Position numbers and translations under genes: made by a program. Of a DNA stretch of 64,000 nt, positions 39,519 to 49,543 are shown one piece after another. The stretch comes from Nostoc sp. (lineage in GTDB: Bacteria; Cyanobacteriota; Cyanobacteriia; Cyanobacteriales; Nostocaceae). Location of the stretch: contig JBALDB010000001.1 of the NCBI GenBank assembly GCA_036918135.1, forward strand, positions 128,001 through 192,000, in the 5' to 3' direction. Under the pieces are notes generated by a model. It was not told where the DNA came from and made no database searches. It saw only the letters and a list, made by a program, of their open reading frames with translations. Position 1 is the stretch's first letter, and the number at the start of each line of letters is the position of its first letter.

Positions 39519-40259
39519 ATGTCAGAAGATTTAAAAGGCAAAGTTGCACTGATCACAGGTGCAAACAAAGGTATTGGGTATGAAATCGCACGTCAACTAG
39601 GTTCTAAAGGTGCCACTGTTGTTGTCGGTGCCAGAGATATCGCACGTGGTGAAGAAGCGGCGAATAAGCTTCGTATAAACGATATTGATGCCAAAGCAAT
39701 TCAATTAGATGTAGTAGACCAAAAAACAATCGACTCAACTGCCCAACAAATCGAGAGCGAATTTGGCAAACTTGATATCCTGATCAATAATGCTGGGATA
39801 ATAAGCGATGGCGATCGCCTTCCACCCAGTCAAGTTGATATTCAAATACTGCGACACACTTATGAGACAAATGTCTTTGGAGTATTTGCAGTTACAAAAG
39901 CTTTGTTACCACTGTTGAAGAAATCAACAGCAGGGAGAATAGTGAATATATCAAGTGGTTTAGGTTCTCTAACTCAAAACTCCGACCCCAATTTTGAGTT
40001 TGCTGATTATAAGCTTCTTGCTTATAACTCATCAAAGACAGCAGTAAACGCGCTTACAGTTCTGCTTGCTGCTGAACTCAAAGATACCCCGATAAAAGTC
40101 AATGCTGCTGACCCTGGTTACACAGCAACCGACATCAATCAACACCAAGGTCACCGCACTGTTAAGCAGGGGGCCGCAGCAGCAGTCAGACTTGCTACTC
40201 TCCCTGATGATGGTTCTAGCGGAGGGTTTTTTGATGAAGACGGCGTAGTTCCCTGGTAA
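39519..40259 (+). CDS. Short-chain dehydrogenase/reductase (carbonyl reductase-like)
   Basis: TGANKGIG, NNAG, YNSSK, PGYTATD. Confidence 0.93.
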   Translation: MSEDLKGKVALITGANKGIGYEIARQLGSKGATVVVGARDIARGEEAANKLRINDIDAKAIQLDVVDQKTIDSTAQQIESEFGKLDILINNAGIISDGDRLPPSQVDIQILRHTYETNVFGVFAVTKALLPLLKKSTAGRIVNISSGLGSLTQNSDPNFEFADYKLLAYNSSKTAVNALTVLLAAELKDTPIKVNAADPGYTATDINQHQGHRTVKQGAAAAVRLATLPDDGSSGGFFDEDGVVPW

Positions 40260-40308
40260 AGGGGCATTGGGCATGAAACATGGAGCATTGGCGCACAAAA
40301 GTGGAGTT

Positions 40309-40510
40309 CAAAGGCTCGTCGCCGAGTATTAAAAACTGATTCACGAGTATCAAAGACTCATCCACGAGTATTAAAGACTCATCCACGAGTATCAAAGACT
40401 CATCGCCGAGTATTAAAGACTCGTTCACGAGTATTAAAGACTCATCCACGAGTATCAAAGACTCATCCACGAGTATCAAAGACTCGTCCACGAGTATCAA
40501 AGACTCATCC
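40309..40510. repeat. 21-bp tandem repeat, 9 full copies plus a partial copy
   Basis: Consensus (C/T)AAAGACTC(A/G)TCCACGAGTAT, contiguous, no spacers. Confidence 0.95.
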
Positions 40511-40529
40511 CCCATGCCCCATACCCCAT

Positions 40530-41594
40530 TCAATAGGGATTTGAATCAATCCGTCCTCTTTTAACACTCCTGAGATAGTATCCTGAGGTTGGTCTGTTTC
40601 TCAAGTTGAAGGTATCGCCGCGAGGAACTCTCCAAATCTTGTAGTTGGAAAACGTCAAAGGCGATCGCGGTTCGCATACTTCTGGCATATGATCGCCTAG
40701 TACAAAGTACGCTGCACCTCTACCGATAACTTTTACTAAACCGTATTTATCCACAACAACCGATGTACTTTCACTGACTGCTATACCTAAAATACTATTA
40801 GATACACCGTCTTTAATTTGACGAGCAATAAAAGTCATAATTCGACCCATTCTTTCCCGCCGGTCGAAGTGTGTATCTACGATAGTTCCCTTCAAATAAC
40901 TCCAGTTAAAAAAGTTGTAAGTAAAAGTAATGTCTCGGTAAGGGTCTTCGAGTGCATCTCTAGTTTCAATGCCTTTTTCAGAAGAAGCACAAGCATCGTA
41001 AACATACTCACTTTGGATCATCGCACCCGCACTGGTGCCACCAATACCACCTCCCTTCAGGTAAACTGACTTAACAGCACCCTCCAACTTCGTGTCTTTC
41101 CAACTGCGAATGTATTGACATTGGTCGCCGCCAGCAAAGAAAACCACATCAGCATTTCTGACTTTTTCAACAATCTCAGCTTTGTTTGCTTCTTGGCGAT
41201 TGCTAATAACTAGAGTTTCTACTGAGTTTACGCCTTTCATTGCAGAAATTAGGCGATTGTAATCGTGATTACCATAAGTCCGGATAACAACAACATTAAG
41301 TTTGGTGGCGGAGTTAGTACCTCCCCTAACTTCGTTAATCATCCACTGGATAGCGTCCTCCACATCGGGGCCTCCTCCACCCAAGCTAAGAACCGGGCCA
41401 GACAAGGAAGAAGAACGGACATCAAAAGAGGGGGAGGGGCTAACATCAAGACTGTCGCCTAAGAAATAGCGTTTCCAATTTGCGATAAAACGGGTTATAA
41501 GGAAGATTCCCATGTTAAATAATTTGATTGCTCTACTTTTGAAGCGCCTTGATACGTTTGGGAATGCCTTTGTCATACTAAACTTATGATGCAA
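40530..41594 (-). CDS. Cyanophycinase-like peptidase (family S51)
   Basis: FFAGGDQ, GGTSAGA nucleophile elbow, DTHFDRRERMGR; true start uncertain. Confidence 0.85.
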   Translation of the reverse strand: MHHKFSMTKAFPNVSRRFKSRAIKLFNMGIFLITRFIANWKRYFLGDSLDVSPSPSFDVRSSSLSGPVLSLGGGGPDVEDAIQWMINEVRGGTNSATKLNVVVIRTYGNHDYNRLISAMKGVNSVETLVISNRQEANKAEIVEKVRNADVVFFAGGDQCQYIRSWKDTKLEGAVKSVYLKGGGIGGTSAGAMIQSEYVYDACASSEKGIETRDALEDPYRDITFTYNFFNWSYLKGTIVDTHFDRRERMGRIMTFIARQIKDGVSNSILGIAVSESTSVVVDKYGLVKVIGRGAAYFVLGDHMPEVCEPRSPLTFSNYKIWRVPRGDTFNLRNRPTSGYYLRSVKRGRIDSNPY

Positions 41595-41679
41595 ACTCCA
41601 ATTATTGCTGAGCTGTTATGTATTTGAATTGCTCATTTAGTCGTGAATATTGTCCTTAGTTATTTGTCCTCTCTTACAA

Positions 41680-41920
41680 AGTGACGCTCCTGTCCTGAAA
41701 AGTTCAGATCGGCGGAAGCCGCCGCTCCGACTTTTCGCTGCGTCGAAGAGAGCTGCGCTAACTGATGTCTAACAATAAGCCGCCCTTCAGGCATCTACGG
41801 AGGAAACCTTCGCTCAACGCCACTTGCTTTCTGACGTAGGGCGCTGAGGTAGCAGAGGCTCGACTTTGCGCTTTGTTCTTCGTAAAGACAAATGACCAAT
41901 GACAAATGACAAAGGACAGT
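41680..41920. repeat. Mosaic of short dispersed repeats and heptamer repeats
   Basis: GC-rich hairpin modules (CGGCGGAAGCCGCCG, GGAGGAAACCTTC) followed by (C/A)AATGAC-type heptamers. Confidence 0.55.
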
Positions 41921-42290
41921 TTAAAGAAATTTAGACGCCTATTATCTTAACTTTGGCATCATAAAGCTTGAAATTCCAGCGTACAGGACTTGTACTGTTT
42001 TTTAATGCAATATAACCGAGAGTAGTCATTGATTATCTGCATTATTCTGCAATCATCTCTAGATTGCTTGTAGCTTTTTATTTAGATCGGATAAAAGCCT
42101 ATCTATATAATTCTGATTTAATTCAGGCAAAGCCACCAGTATTTCCCTAAAAAAGCTGTGTCGTTGATATTACTATGTATAGGGAAACTGGTAGCTATCC
42201 TTTTTTATGCCTGTGTCTTAATTCACGCGGAATTATTTGCGAACCTACTCTTTTTTATCCAAAGTCTAAAAATATAAGCAGTATACTTGA

Positions 42291-43478
42291 TTACCAGATA
42301 ATTTGCGATCGCTCTTGCACAACTTGTTGATAAACTTCTTCGGTTTGCTTGGCTAATTTCGGCCAGCTAAAGCGTCGTTCTAAATCTTCATAAGCATTAT
42401 CTACCAGCCATTGCCGATAACCTGGATTTCTTAATATCTCCAAAATTCCCCAAGCTAAGGAATCAGCGTTATTTACCCAAGTCACAATACCCGTTTTGGT
42501 ATGTTGTACGACTTCTGGAAAACCACCTGTATCAGATACAACTACAGGTACACGAGAAGCAAAGCTTTCTAAAGCCACAATTCCAAAGGGTTCGTAAAGA
42601 CTGGGAAATACAGCACAATCAGCAACAGTTTGAAATTTATCTAAATATTCATCAGAGAGAAAACCAGTAAAATAGCAATTGTGCCAAATTCCTAAATCCC
42701 AAGATTGGCGTTTGAGATGGTCGGTATTGCCACCACCAACGATCACAAATTTCACTTTACCAGCCATTTCCCAAAGTATTTTGGGTGCAGCATTCAACAA
42801 TGTAGGTACACCCTTTTCATAAGTCATGCGACCAAGGTAGTAAACGATTTTCTCATCATCGTCGGCAAATCGGCGGCGAAAATCCAGAGCATGAAAATCT
42901 TCATGATGTCGTTTCTTTTCAGCTCGGATACCGTTATAAATGATATCGATTTTGTTCCAAGGACTGTGTAGCGCTCGTTCTACTTCCCGCCGCATATAGT
43001 CGCTACAAACGATAATCCGCCAAGCATTGTAAGCTAATAAGGTTTCTTTACCATTAATATAACGTTGTATATCAGTATGAATACCGTTATAACGTCCGTA
43101 TTCTGTAGCGTGAATTGTAGCAATTAGTGGTATTTTAAAATTATGCTTGAGAGCGATCGCAGCGTCTCCGACTAACCAATCATGGGCATGAATTAAATCA
43201 AACGGGCCTTCCTCTAAGATTAACTTACCACCATGATGTCCCATGCTTTCGTTGAGATTGACCACCCAGTGGAAAAAGTCATTACTATATCCCACTGGCA
43301 CCCGATGTATGTTTACTCCCTCCACCACTTCATACATTGATGCTTGACCAAACTCCACTGTAATCAAATGGACTTCATGCCCTAACTTTACTAGTTCTGG
43401 GTACAATTCAGCTACATGACGCGCAATTCCTCCAACTATCCTGGGTGGAAACTCCCAACTCAGTACCAGTATTTTCAT
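42291..43478 (-). CDS. Glycosyltransferase family 4
   Basis: WEFPPRIVGG, HAHDW, GRMTYEKG, PSLYEPFGIVALE. Confidence 0.93.
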   Translation of the reverse strand: MKILVLSWEFPPRIVGGIARHVAELYPELVKLGHEVHLITVEFGQASMYEVVEGVNIHRVPVGYSNDFFHWVVNLNESMGHHGGKLILEEGPFDLIHAHDWLVGDAAIALKHNFKIPLIATIHATEYGRYNGIHTDIQRYINGKETLLAYNAWRIIVCSDYMRREVERALHSPWNKIDIIYNGIRAEKKRHHEDFHALDFRRRFADDDEKIVYYLGRMTYEKGVPTLLNAAPKILWEMAGKVKFVIVGGGNTDHLKRQSWDLGIWHNCYFTGFLSDEYLDKFQTVADCAVFPSLYEPFGIVALESFASRVPVVVSDTGGFPEVVQHTKTGIVTWVNNADSLAWGILEILRNPGYRQWLVDNAYEDLERRFSWPKLAKQTEEVYQQVVQERSQIIW

Positions 43479-43705
43479 CTGCTAGATTTCCTGAGACTTG
43501 ACAAATATCTAAAAAACTAGATTTATCTAAAAATACAAGTCTGCCCATTTTATTAAGTGGATTTACTCGTATTTTGAGATTTTTAACAGTTATTTTGTTA
43601 AAGCTTATCAAAGGATATGAACTGTGGGCTAGAGATTGATGGGGGGATGAGGAGATGGAGTGCGTTCAAAAATGTAGGCGATTTCAACTTTGTGACATAG
43701 ACAAC

Positions 43706-44185
43706 TTAGGTTTGGTAGCCATCTCGACCCCAAATGTCAACTTCATAGCGAATAAATTCACCATTGGCAGCAGCAGCGATCGCAGTTTTTAATTGTAGTT
43801 GTGTTTCTGGAGAAATTGTCCACCACTTTGCTTCCCAAAATAATTTACCAACGACTTCTTCTCGCGTAATTCCCGCAAAGTCTAGTGCTGTTTGGTTGAC
43901 TTCTAAAACAATTCCACTTGGTTGAAGTAATCCGATAAACTGAATGGTTTGATTGAAGATCGCATGGAATTTTTGCTCGCTTTGACTTAAAGCTTCTTGT
44001 GCTTGTTTGCTGTCAGTAATATCTCGTCCCACCGATTGCAGTTCTACAAGATTACCTTGCTCATCAAATATACCTCGTGTAATCCACTGCGCCCAACGCA
44101 CCTTTTGGCAACGCACCTTTTGGCAAGCAATAACCCGATTTTCAAAGGTGATAACCGGATTTTCTAAGCTGATGGAATTTACTAA
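43706..44185 (-). pseudogene. Remnant of a multi-PAS sensor gene
   Basis: Partial PAC (VRWAQW..QSVGRDITDSK) and partial PAS (FIGLLQPSG..VNQTAL..WWT); no output domain; 15-bp duplication at 44094-44123; repeat elements on the 5' side. Confidence 0.75.
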
Positions 44186-44302
44186 GTAAGTCGGCACAAT
44201 AAAACCAAACTATGTGAAGAAAAATTAACTAAGCTAAAACCCTTTTCCCTCCTGCCTCAAAACCCGTAACTTTGTACTTCATGCAAATGAAAACTGCTGT
44301 AA
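44186..44302. mobile_element. Composite of MITE ends
   Basis: 44274-44302 reverse complement TTACAGCAGTTTTCATTTGCATGAAGTAC resembles the left end of the element at 12281; AAGTAAGTCGGCACAATAAAA resembles another cyanobacterial repeat end. Confidence 0.45.
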
Positions 44303-44482
44303 ATTGTTGTAGCGTGGCGCTTAATCAGCTGACACTCAATTCTTAATAGTTGTTCGATGGGGCAATGGCTGATATTGTTGCAGTTGCAGACTACTTTTTT
44401 GCGCCCGAAGATTACCGTTTAGACAATAATGGAGAAAAATTACACCAGTAGTTTTACATAGCAAGGGAGTAAAAATAAAATC

Positions 44483-44528
44483 TGCCAGCAGCAAGCCTAA
44501 ACTTTTACAATTTAGCCTGCTGTTGGCA
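44483..44528 (-). terminator. Stem-loop downstream of lepA
   Basis: TGCCAGCAGCA..CTAAA / TTTAG..TGCTGTTGGCA, preceded by A-runs (T-tail on minus strand). Confidence 0.55.
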
Positions 44529-44582
44529 TTTGAGATCTAGCCTCAAGCAGCCAATCATCTTTGAAGGTTAAGCACAATTAAA

Positions 44583-46394
44583 TTAGCTTTGATCCAAGCG
44601 TAATACTGCCATAAAGGCTTCCTGAGGAACATCTACTGTACCCACAGATTTCATTCGTTTTTTACCTTTTGCCTGCTTTTGTAAAAGTTTCTTCTTGCGG
44701 CTGATGTCACCACCGTAGCACTTGGCTAACACATCTTTCCGCAAAGCAGGGATGTGTTCGCTAGCAATCACTTTACTGCCAATAGAGGCTTGAATTGGCA
44801 CTTTAAATTGATGGCGAGGAATTAATTCTTTGAGTTTTTCTGCCATTGACCGCCCGACGTTGTAAGCTTTATCTCGATGGACAATCATCGCCAAAGAATC
44901 CACAGGATCGCCATTAATTAAAATATCCAGCTTTACCAGCGGATTTTCTCGGTAACCGATCAGGTGATATTCCATGCTGGCATAACCGCGCGATCGCGAT
45001 TTCATTTGGTCAAAAAAGTCGGTGACAACTTCCGCCAAGGGTAACTCATACGTAAGTGTGGTTCGTCCTTGGGTAAGATATTTCATATCTTTGAAAACGC
45101 CACGTCTGTTTTGTGATAACTCCATTAAAGTCCCAACGTAGGTTTCTGGCGTAATCATTTCTACCTGAACGTAGGGTTCTTCAATTTTTTCGCGATCGTT
45201 AGGAGCAGGCAAGTGGCTGGGATTATCAATGTAGAGTTCCTCACCTTTGTTACTTGTCACCCGGTAAACTACTGAAGGTGCTGTAATAATTAAATCAAGG
45301 TCGTATTCTCTTTCCAAACGTTCTTGAACAATTTCCATGTGCAGTAAGCCCAAGAACCCGCAACGGAAACCAAATCCCATTGCGCTGGAAGTTTCTGGTT
45401 CGTAGTGCAGCGCCGCATCGTTGAGTCTGAGTTTTTCTAGAGCTTCCCGCAAGTCTTCAAATTGATCGGCATCAATAGGGAACATACCACAAAAGACCAT
45501 TGGGTTTGCTTCTGCATAACCTGGTAAGGGTGCCTCTGCTTTGGCCTTACTTAAGGTAATTGTGTCTCCTACCCGTGCATCAGCTACAGCTTTAATTGCC
45601 GCTGCCAAATAGCCTACTTCCCCAGCGTGCAGTTCTTCGACTTGCTTTTGAGTGGGAGAAAGAACGCCTAACTCGTCAATTTCAAATTCTTTACCGGATG
45701 CCATTAAATGGATGCGATCGCCTTTTTTCAATGTGCCATCCATCACCCGGAAATATACAATTACTCCCCGATAGCTGTCGTAATAGCTATCAAAAATTAA
45801 CGCCCGTAAGCGTTCATTTATTGTATTTGCCGGTGGTGGTATCCGCTCAACAACTGCTTCTAAAATCTCATCAATCCCAATTCCTTCTTTAGCAGAGGCG
45901 AGAATTGCACCACTGCAATCTAGACCAATAATTTCTTCAATTTCGCCAATTACTCGTTCTGGTTCAGCCCCCGGCAAATCAATTTTATTCAAAACCGGGA
46001 TAATTTCTAGGTTATTTTCTAACGCTAAATATACATTTGCCAAAGTTTGCGCTTCCACACCTTGGGAGGCATCTACTACCAACAGCGCTCCTTCACAAGC
46101 AACAAGAGAACGCGACACTTCATAAGAAAAATCCACATGTCCTGGAGTATCAATTAGGTTCAGAACATATTGCTGACCATCTTTGGCTGTGTAATTCATC
46201 CGGGCAGCTTGCAGCTTAATGGTAATGCCGCGCTCCCGTTCTAGATCCATGTTGTCGAGAAACTGTTCCTTCATCTGCCGCTCGTCAACAGTACCAGTGG
46301 CTTGTAGCAAGCGATCGGCGAGGGTTGATTTCCCGTGGTCGATGTGAGCAATAATACAAAAATTGCGAATGCGAACTGCGGGAACGTCAGTCAT
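44583..46394 (-). CDS. lepA: Translation elongation factor 4
   Basis: [56 protein letters not shown]. Confidence 0.98.
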   Translation of the reverse strand: MTDVPAVRIRNFCIIAHIDHGKSTLADRLLQATGTVDERQMKEQFLDNMDLERERGITIKLQAARMNYTAKDGQQYVLNLIDTPGHVDFSYEVSRSLVACEGALLVVDASQGVEAQTLANVYLALENNLEIIPVLNKIDLPGAEPERVIGEIEEIIGLDCSGAILASAKEGIGIDEILEAVVERIPPPANTINERLRALIFDSYYDSYRGVIVYFRVMDGTLKKGDRIHLMASGKEFEIDELGVLSPTQKQVEELHAGEVGYLAAAIKAVADARVGDTITLSKAKAEAPLPGYAEANPMVFCGMFPIDADQFEDLREALEKLRLNDAALHYEPETSSAMGFGFRCGFLGLLHMEIVQERLEREYDLDLIITAPSVVYRVTSNKGEELYIDNPSHLPAPNDREKIEEPYVQVEMITPETYVGTLMELSQNRRGVFKDMKYLTQGRTTLTYELPLAEVVTDFFDQMKSRSRGYASMEYHLIGYRENPLVKLDILINGDPVDSLAMIVHRDKAYNVGRSMAEKLKELIPRHQFKVPIQASIGSKVIASEHIPALRKDVLAKCYGGDISRKKKLLQKQAKGKKRMKSVGTVDVPQEAFMAVLRLDQS

Positions 46395-46960
46395 ATACTA
46401 TCTTTGCCTTAGCAGCAACCAAAGTTAAAAAAGCAATTTACTTAATGTATTTTAATGCTTTCTTTGCCAAGACGCTCCTGGTTTTAGTAAGGACTGGGAA
46501 TTGCGAGTGTAGGAGGAGTGGGAAGGGTGGGAAAGTTTTTTATAATCTCCCTCATTTCGGGTTGATGAGCGTACCCCTGCTCTTAAGCAAGGCTGGGCGT
46601 AGCGTCTCGTAGAGAAGTCGAACCACATCTTCCAGTCCCCAATCCCCTCTTCACCCCATCTTTAACTTTGCATATAAATAGGTGGACTTTTAAGAATATT
46701 ATGAAAGTCTATTTGTCGGTGCTAGTATTCATCAGCTAGAAGCGTACAATAAATGTAAAGTAAGTACATGTAGGGATCGTGGGCAATTGCCACCCGTAAT
46801 TGTCCGGAGTCACTGGTTCATCGGCAAAACTTCTACAAAGCTCTTGTCTAGTCAGTTATATGAAAAATGCGACTTAAAATTTAAAGCTGTTATTTTGGTG
46901 CTATTTCAGGGAACTATGTAACTATACCCTTGAAGATTCTTCAGTGAATTAGCCCAAATT

Positions 46961-47254
46961 ATGAATATAACTACTTTACAAAGCTTTAAACTAAACCAAT
47001 TCAGAGTATATAAACCTATGAATATGCAACACAGAGCTACCGATGCGGGAAAAACACGAGCCGATAAGGTAGAAATTGCTATCCGCCTAGACTCCGAGTT
47101 ATTAGAGCAAATTCAGCATCTCACTAACGACCCAAGTAAAGTGATTGAGGTGGCAATTCGCCAGTGGTTGCGAGGTGAAATACTAAGAGATGATGAACTG
47201 ACGCGCACACCAGTGCGTACTCCAGTTCCGGCTCGGGGTGAGTGGAACGATTAG
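46961..47254 (+). CDS. Small ribbon-helix-helix-like protein (CcdA/CopG-like)
   Basis: VEIAIRLDSELLEQI..PSKVIEVAIRQWL beta-alpha-alpha pattern; start may be a later ATG (MNMQ). Confidence 0.65.
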   Translation: MNITTLQSFKLNQFRVYKPMNMQHRATDAGKTRADKVEIAIRLDSELLEQIQHLTNDPSKVIEVAIRQWLRGEILRDDELTRTPVRTPVPARGEWND

Positions 47255-47424
47255 ATTATTAATTAACTGTAATCTTCAGTTAAAAAAAGTAAAGTTTACC
47301 AACTTGAATCTCAAAACACCAAGAAATACTCACTAAAATGTGAAAGCTGTAAAAATTTATGCCAAAATCTGAACAGCTTTGGTAAAATCACGGTCGGATA
47401 CTCTTTGTCTATCCAACTCAATTA

Positions 47425-49182
47425 ATGACTATTACTGCCAAATCCCAATTGCCGAATATATTTTCCCAAAATCTGGAATCTATTACCAGTAACAGTGATG
47501 GCTCATTACCAACTCTAGGAGCCGAGTTGGTGTACACACAAGATGGGGCAGGGCGCTATCTGACCTTTTGTTGGCAGTACAGCGAACTCCTGGGGTTAAA
47601 GACCGAAAAGATAGTCGATCAACTCAACCAGACTCAAATCTTTGCTCCGGTGGATAAGGTTGCTTATTTGGAACGATTGCACAGAATTTTGACGAATCTG
47701 ATACCAGAAAGGTTTCAGTGCTGGTTTAGCTATCACCAGGAATTATTTGAGTTGGACTTAGCCATCAGCCCAATTATGCCAAGTTTGGGAACAGCTGCCA
47801 CTACAGTTTTAGTTATGGGACGGTTACTGCAAGCGACACTTAACAAAAAACAAGTGGGCGTGACAGTAAAAACGCCTACACAAATAGAGTTGGTTTTACG
47901 TTCGCAGCAACACCAAAAACTGGTAAATCGGATTACTAGGAATATTCGGCGGACATTGGATTTAGATATTATTTGGCAGCAAACAGTTGACAGTTTGGGG
48001 AAAGCACTGCGGTTAGAACGCTGTATTATTTGTCAACCTTATAGCTCAAAAGTAGAGGTAAAGGCTGAGTATCACCAGCCAGAACTTAGCTCAATGATTG
48101 GCTTAAAAATAGATATTGCTTCTGAACCTGCCTTTGCTCAGGCCTTGGCAACCTTAGAGCCAGTTGTCATGGACGTGTCAGGATACAGTGAGTGTGGGCC
48201 ATATAAAACTTTAGTAGTTGCAACTTGTTATCAAGATCGAGCCAATGGATTGGTTGTTTTGAGTTGGCAAGATCAATGCTATACATTAACAGAATCGGAA
48301 TTAGAATTAGCAAAAGAAGCAGCGGATCAATTAGGAACAGCGATCGCTCATGCTACTTTATATAAAGAATTAGAAGCAGCGCGTCAAAAAGCTGAAGACG
48401 CCTCCCGCCTCAAGAGCGAGTTTCTCGCCAATGTATCCCATGAAATTCGTACCCCCCTCAACGGGATGATTGGCTTTTTAAAGCTGATTTTGGAAGGCAT
48501 GGCAGACGACCCACAGGAACAAAACCAGTTTTTACAAGAAGCTCATCAGTTATCAATACACCTGCTGCATATCATCAATGATATTTTGGACATTGCCAAA
48601 ATTGAAGCTGGGAAAATGGAACTAGCTTATGCTCCAGTCAAGCTAGATGAGTTATTCACAGATGTAGAAAATTTCATGCGTCCTCAAGCGGAGATGAAAA
48701 ACCTCAGCTTCCAGATGCAAATGCCTGCTACCTCGGATGAAATCATCGTCCAAAGTAACTACCAACGCTTGCTACAAGTGATGCTAAATTTGGTGAACAA
48801 TGCGATCAAATTTACTCATGAAGGCGGTATTACCGTCAGCGCCGATTTAGTACTCAAAAAAGCCAAGGCACAATTTCAAGGACAGCAATTTCCGGGTATG
48901 GTGAAAGTGCGTGTAGCAGATACAGGCATTGGTGTATCTTTAGATAAACAAGATAAACTTTTTCAATTATTCTCTCAAGTCGATGGCTCCCGCACTCGCC
49001 AGTACGGCGGTACAGGTTTAGGACTGGCAATTTCCCAGAAGCTAGTAGAAGCAATGGGCGGTGAAGTACATTTCTACAGTCTAGGTGAAGGACTCGGTTC
49101 TACAGTCACATTTACCGTGCCACTATATCAACAACCAGTGATAGTTTTGTCTAATGATGGCGGTTCAACAAAAAGTTCCTAG
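47425..49182 (+). CDS. Cytoplasmic GAF sensor histidine kinase
   Basis: IRRTLDLD..GAF, FLANVSHEIRTPLN H-box, NAIKFT, DTGIG, GGTGLGL. Confidence 0.93.
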   Translation: MTITAKSQLPNIFSQNLESITSNSDGSLPTLGAELVYTQDGAGRYLTFCWQYSELLGLKTEKIVDQLNQTQIFAPVDKVAYLERLHRILTNLIPERFQCWFSYHQELFELDLAISPIMPSLGTAATTVLVMGRLLQATLNKKQVGVTVKTPTQIELVLRSQQHQKLVNRITRNIRRTLDLDIIWQQTVDSLGKALRLERCIICQPYSSKVEVKAEYHQPELSSMIGLKIDIASEPAFAQALATLEPVVMDVSGYSECGPYKTLVVATCYQDRANGLVVLSWQDQCYTLTESELELAKEAADQLGTAIAHATLYKELEAARQKAEDASRLKSEFLANVSHEIRTPLNGMIGFLKLILEGMADDPQEQNQFLQEAHQLSIHLLHIINDILDIAKIEAGKMELAYAPVKLDELFTDVENFMRPQAEMKNLSFQMQMPATSDEIIVQSNYQRLLQVMLNLVNNAIKFTHEGGITVSADLVLKKAKAQFQGQQFPGMVKVRVADTGIGVSLDKQDKLFQLFSQVDGSRTRQYGGTGLGLAISQKLVEAMGGEVHFYSLGEGLGSTVTFTVPLYQQPVIVLSNDGGSTKSS

Positions 49183-49234
49183 TGCTGAATGTTAAGTTAA
49201 GGATGGGCATCCCTAACTGAGTAGGTCTAAAACT

Positions 49235-49465
49235 ATGGAACTAACAATTGACAACGTTGAAACAGTCTTAGATGAAATGCGCCCTTATCTCATGTCTGAT
49301 GGTGGCAATGTGGAACTTGTAGAACTCGATGGCCCTATTGTCAAACTGCGGTTGCAAGGCGCCTGTGGTTCTTGCCCAAGCTCTACAATGACTTTGAGAA
49401 TGGGTATTGAGCGCCGCCTGCGGGAAATGATTCCCGAAATTGCAGAAGTTGAACAAGTGGTGTAA
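49235..49465 (+). CDS. nfuA: NifU C-terminal-type Fe-S carrier (NfuA)
   Basis: [24 protein letters not shown]. Confidence 0.9.
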   Translation: MELTIDNVETVLDEMRPYLMSDGGNVELVELDGPIVKLRLQGACGSCPSSTMTLRMGIERRLREMIPEIAEVEQVV

Positions 49466-49472
49466 AAGTTAG

Positions 49473-49530
49473 GAGTTATGAGTTATGAGTTATGACTATT
49501 AAATTAACTTCCAACTCATAACTCCTTACT
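49473..49530. repeat. STRR-type heptamer array with inverted halves
   Basis: GAGTTAT x3 ... AACTCAT/AACTCCT. Confidence 0.75.
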
Positions 49531-49543
49531 CTTGACTATTGTT

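Noticed and set aside
40309..40510. Possible CRISPR array
   Set aside because: Units are contiguous 21-mers with no unique spacers, and there are no cas genes; it is a minisatellite.
46755..46808. NtcA site and heterocyst DIF1 motif upstream of the RHH gene
   Set aside because: Spacing is GTA-N7-TAC rather than N8, and a lone TCCGGA hexamer is not enough without TSS data.
37096..49465. nif or isc cluster suggested by the iscS-like and nifU-like genes
   Set aside because: The genes are 11 kb apart among unrelated genes; both are ordinary stand-alone housekeeping types.
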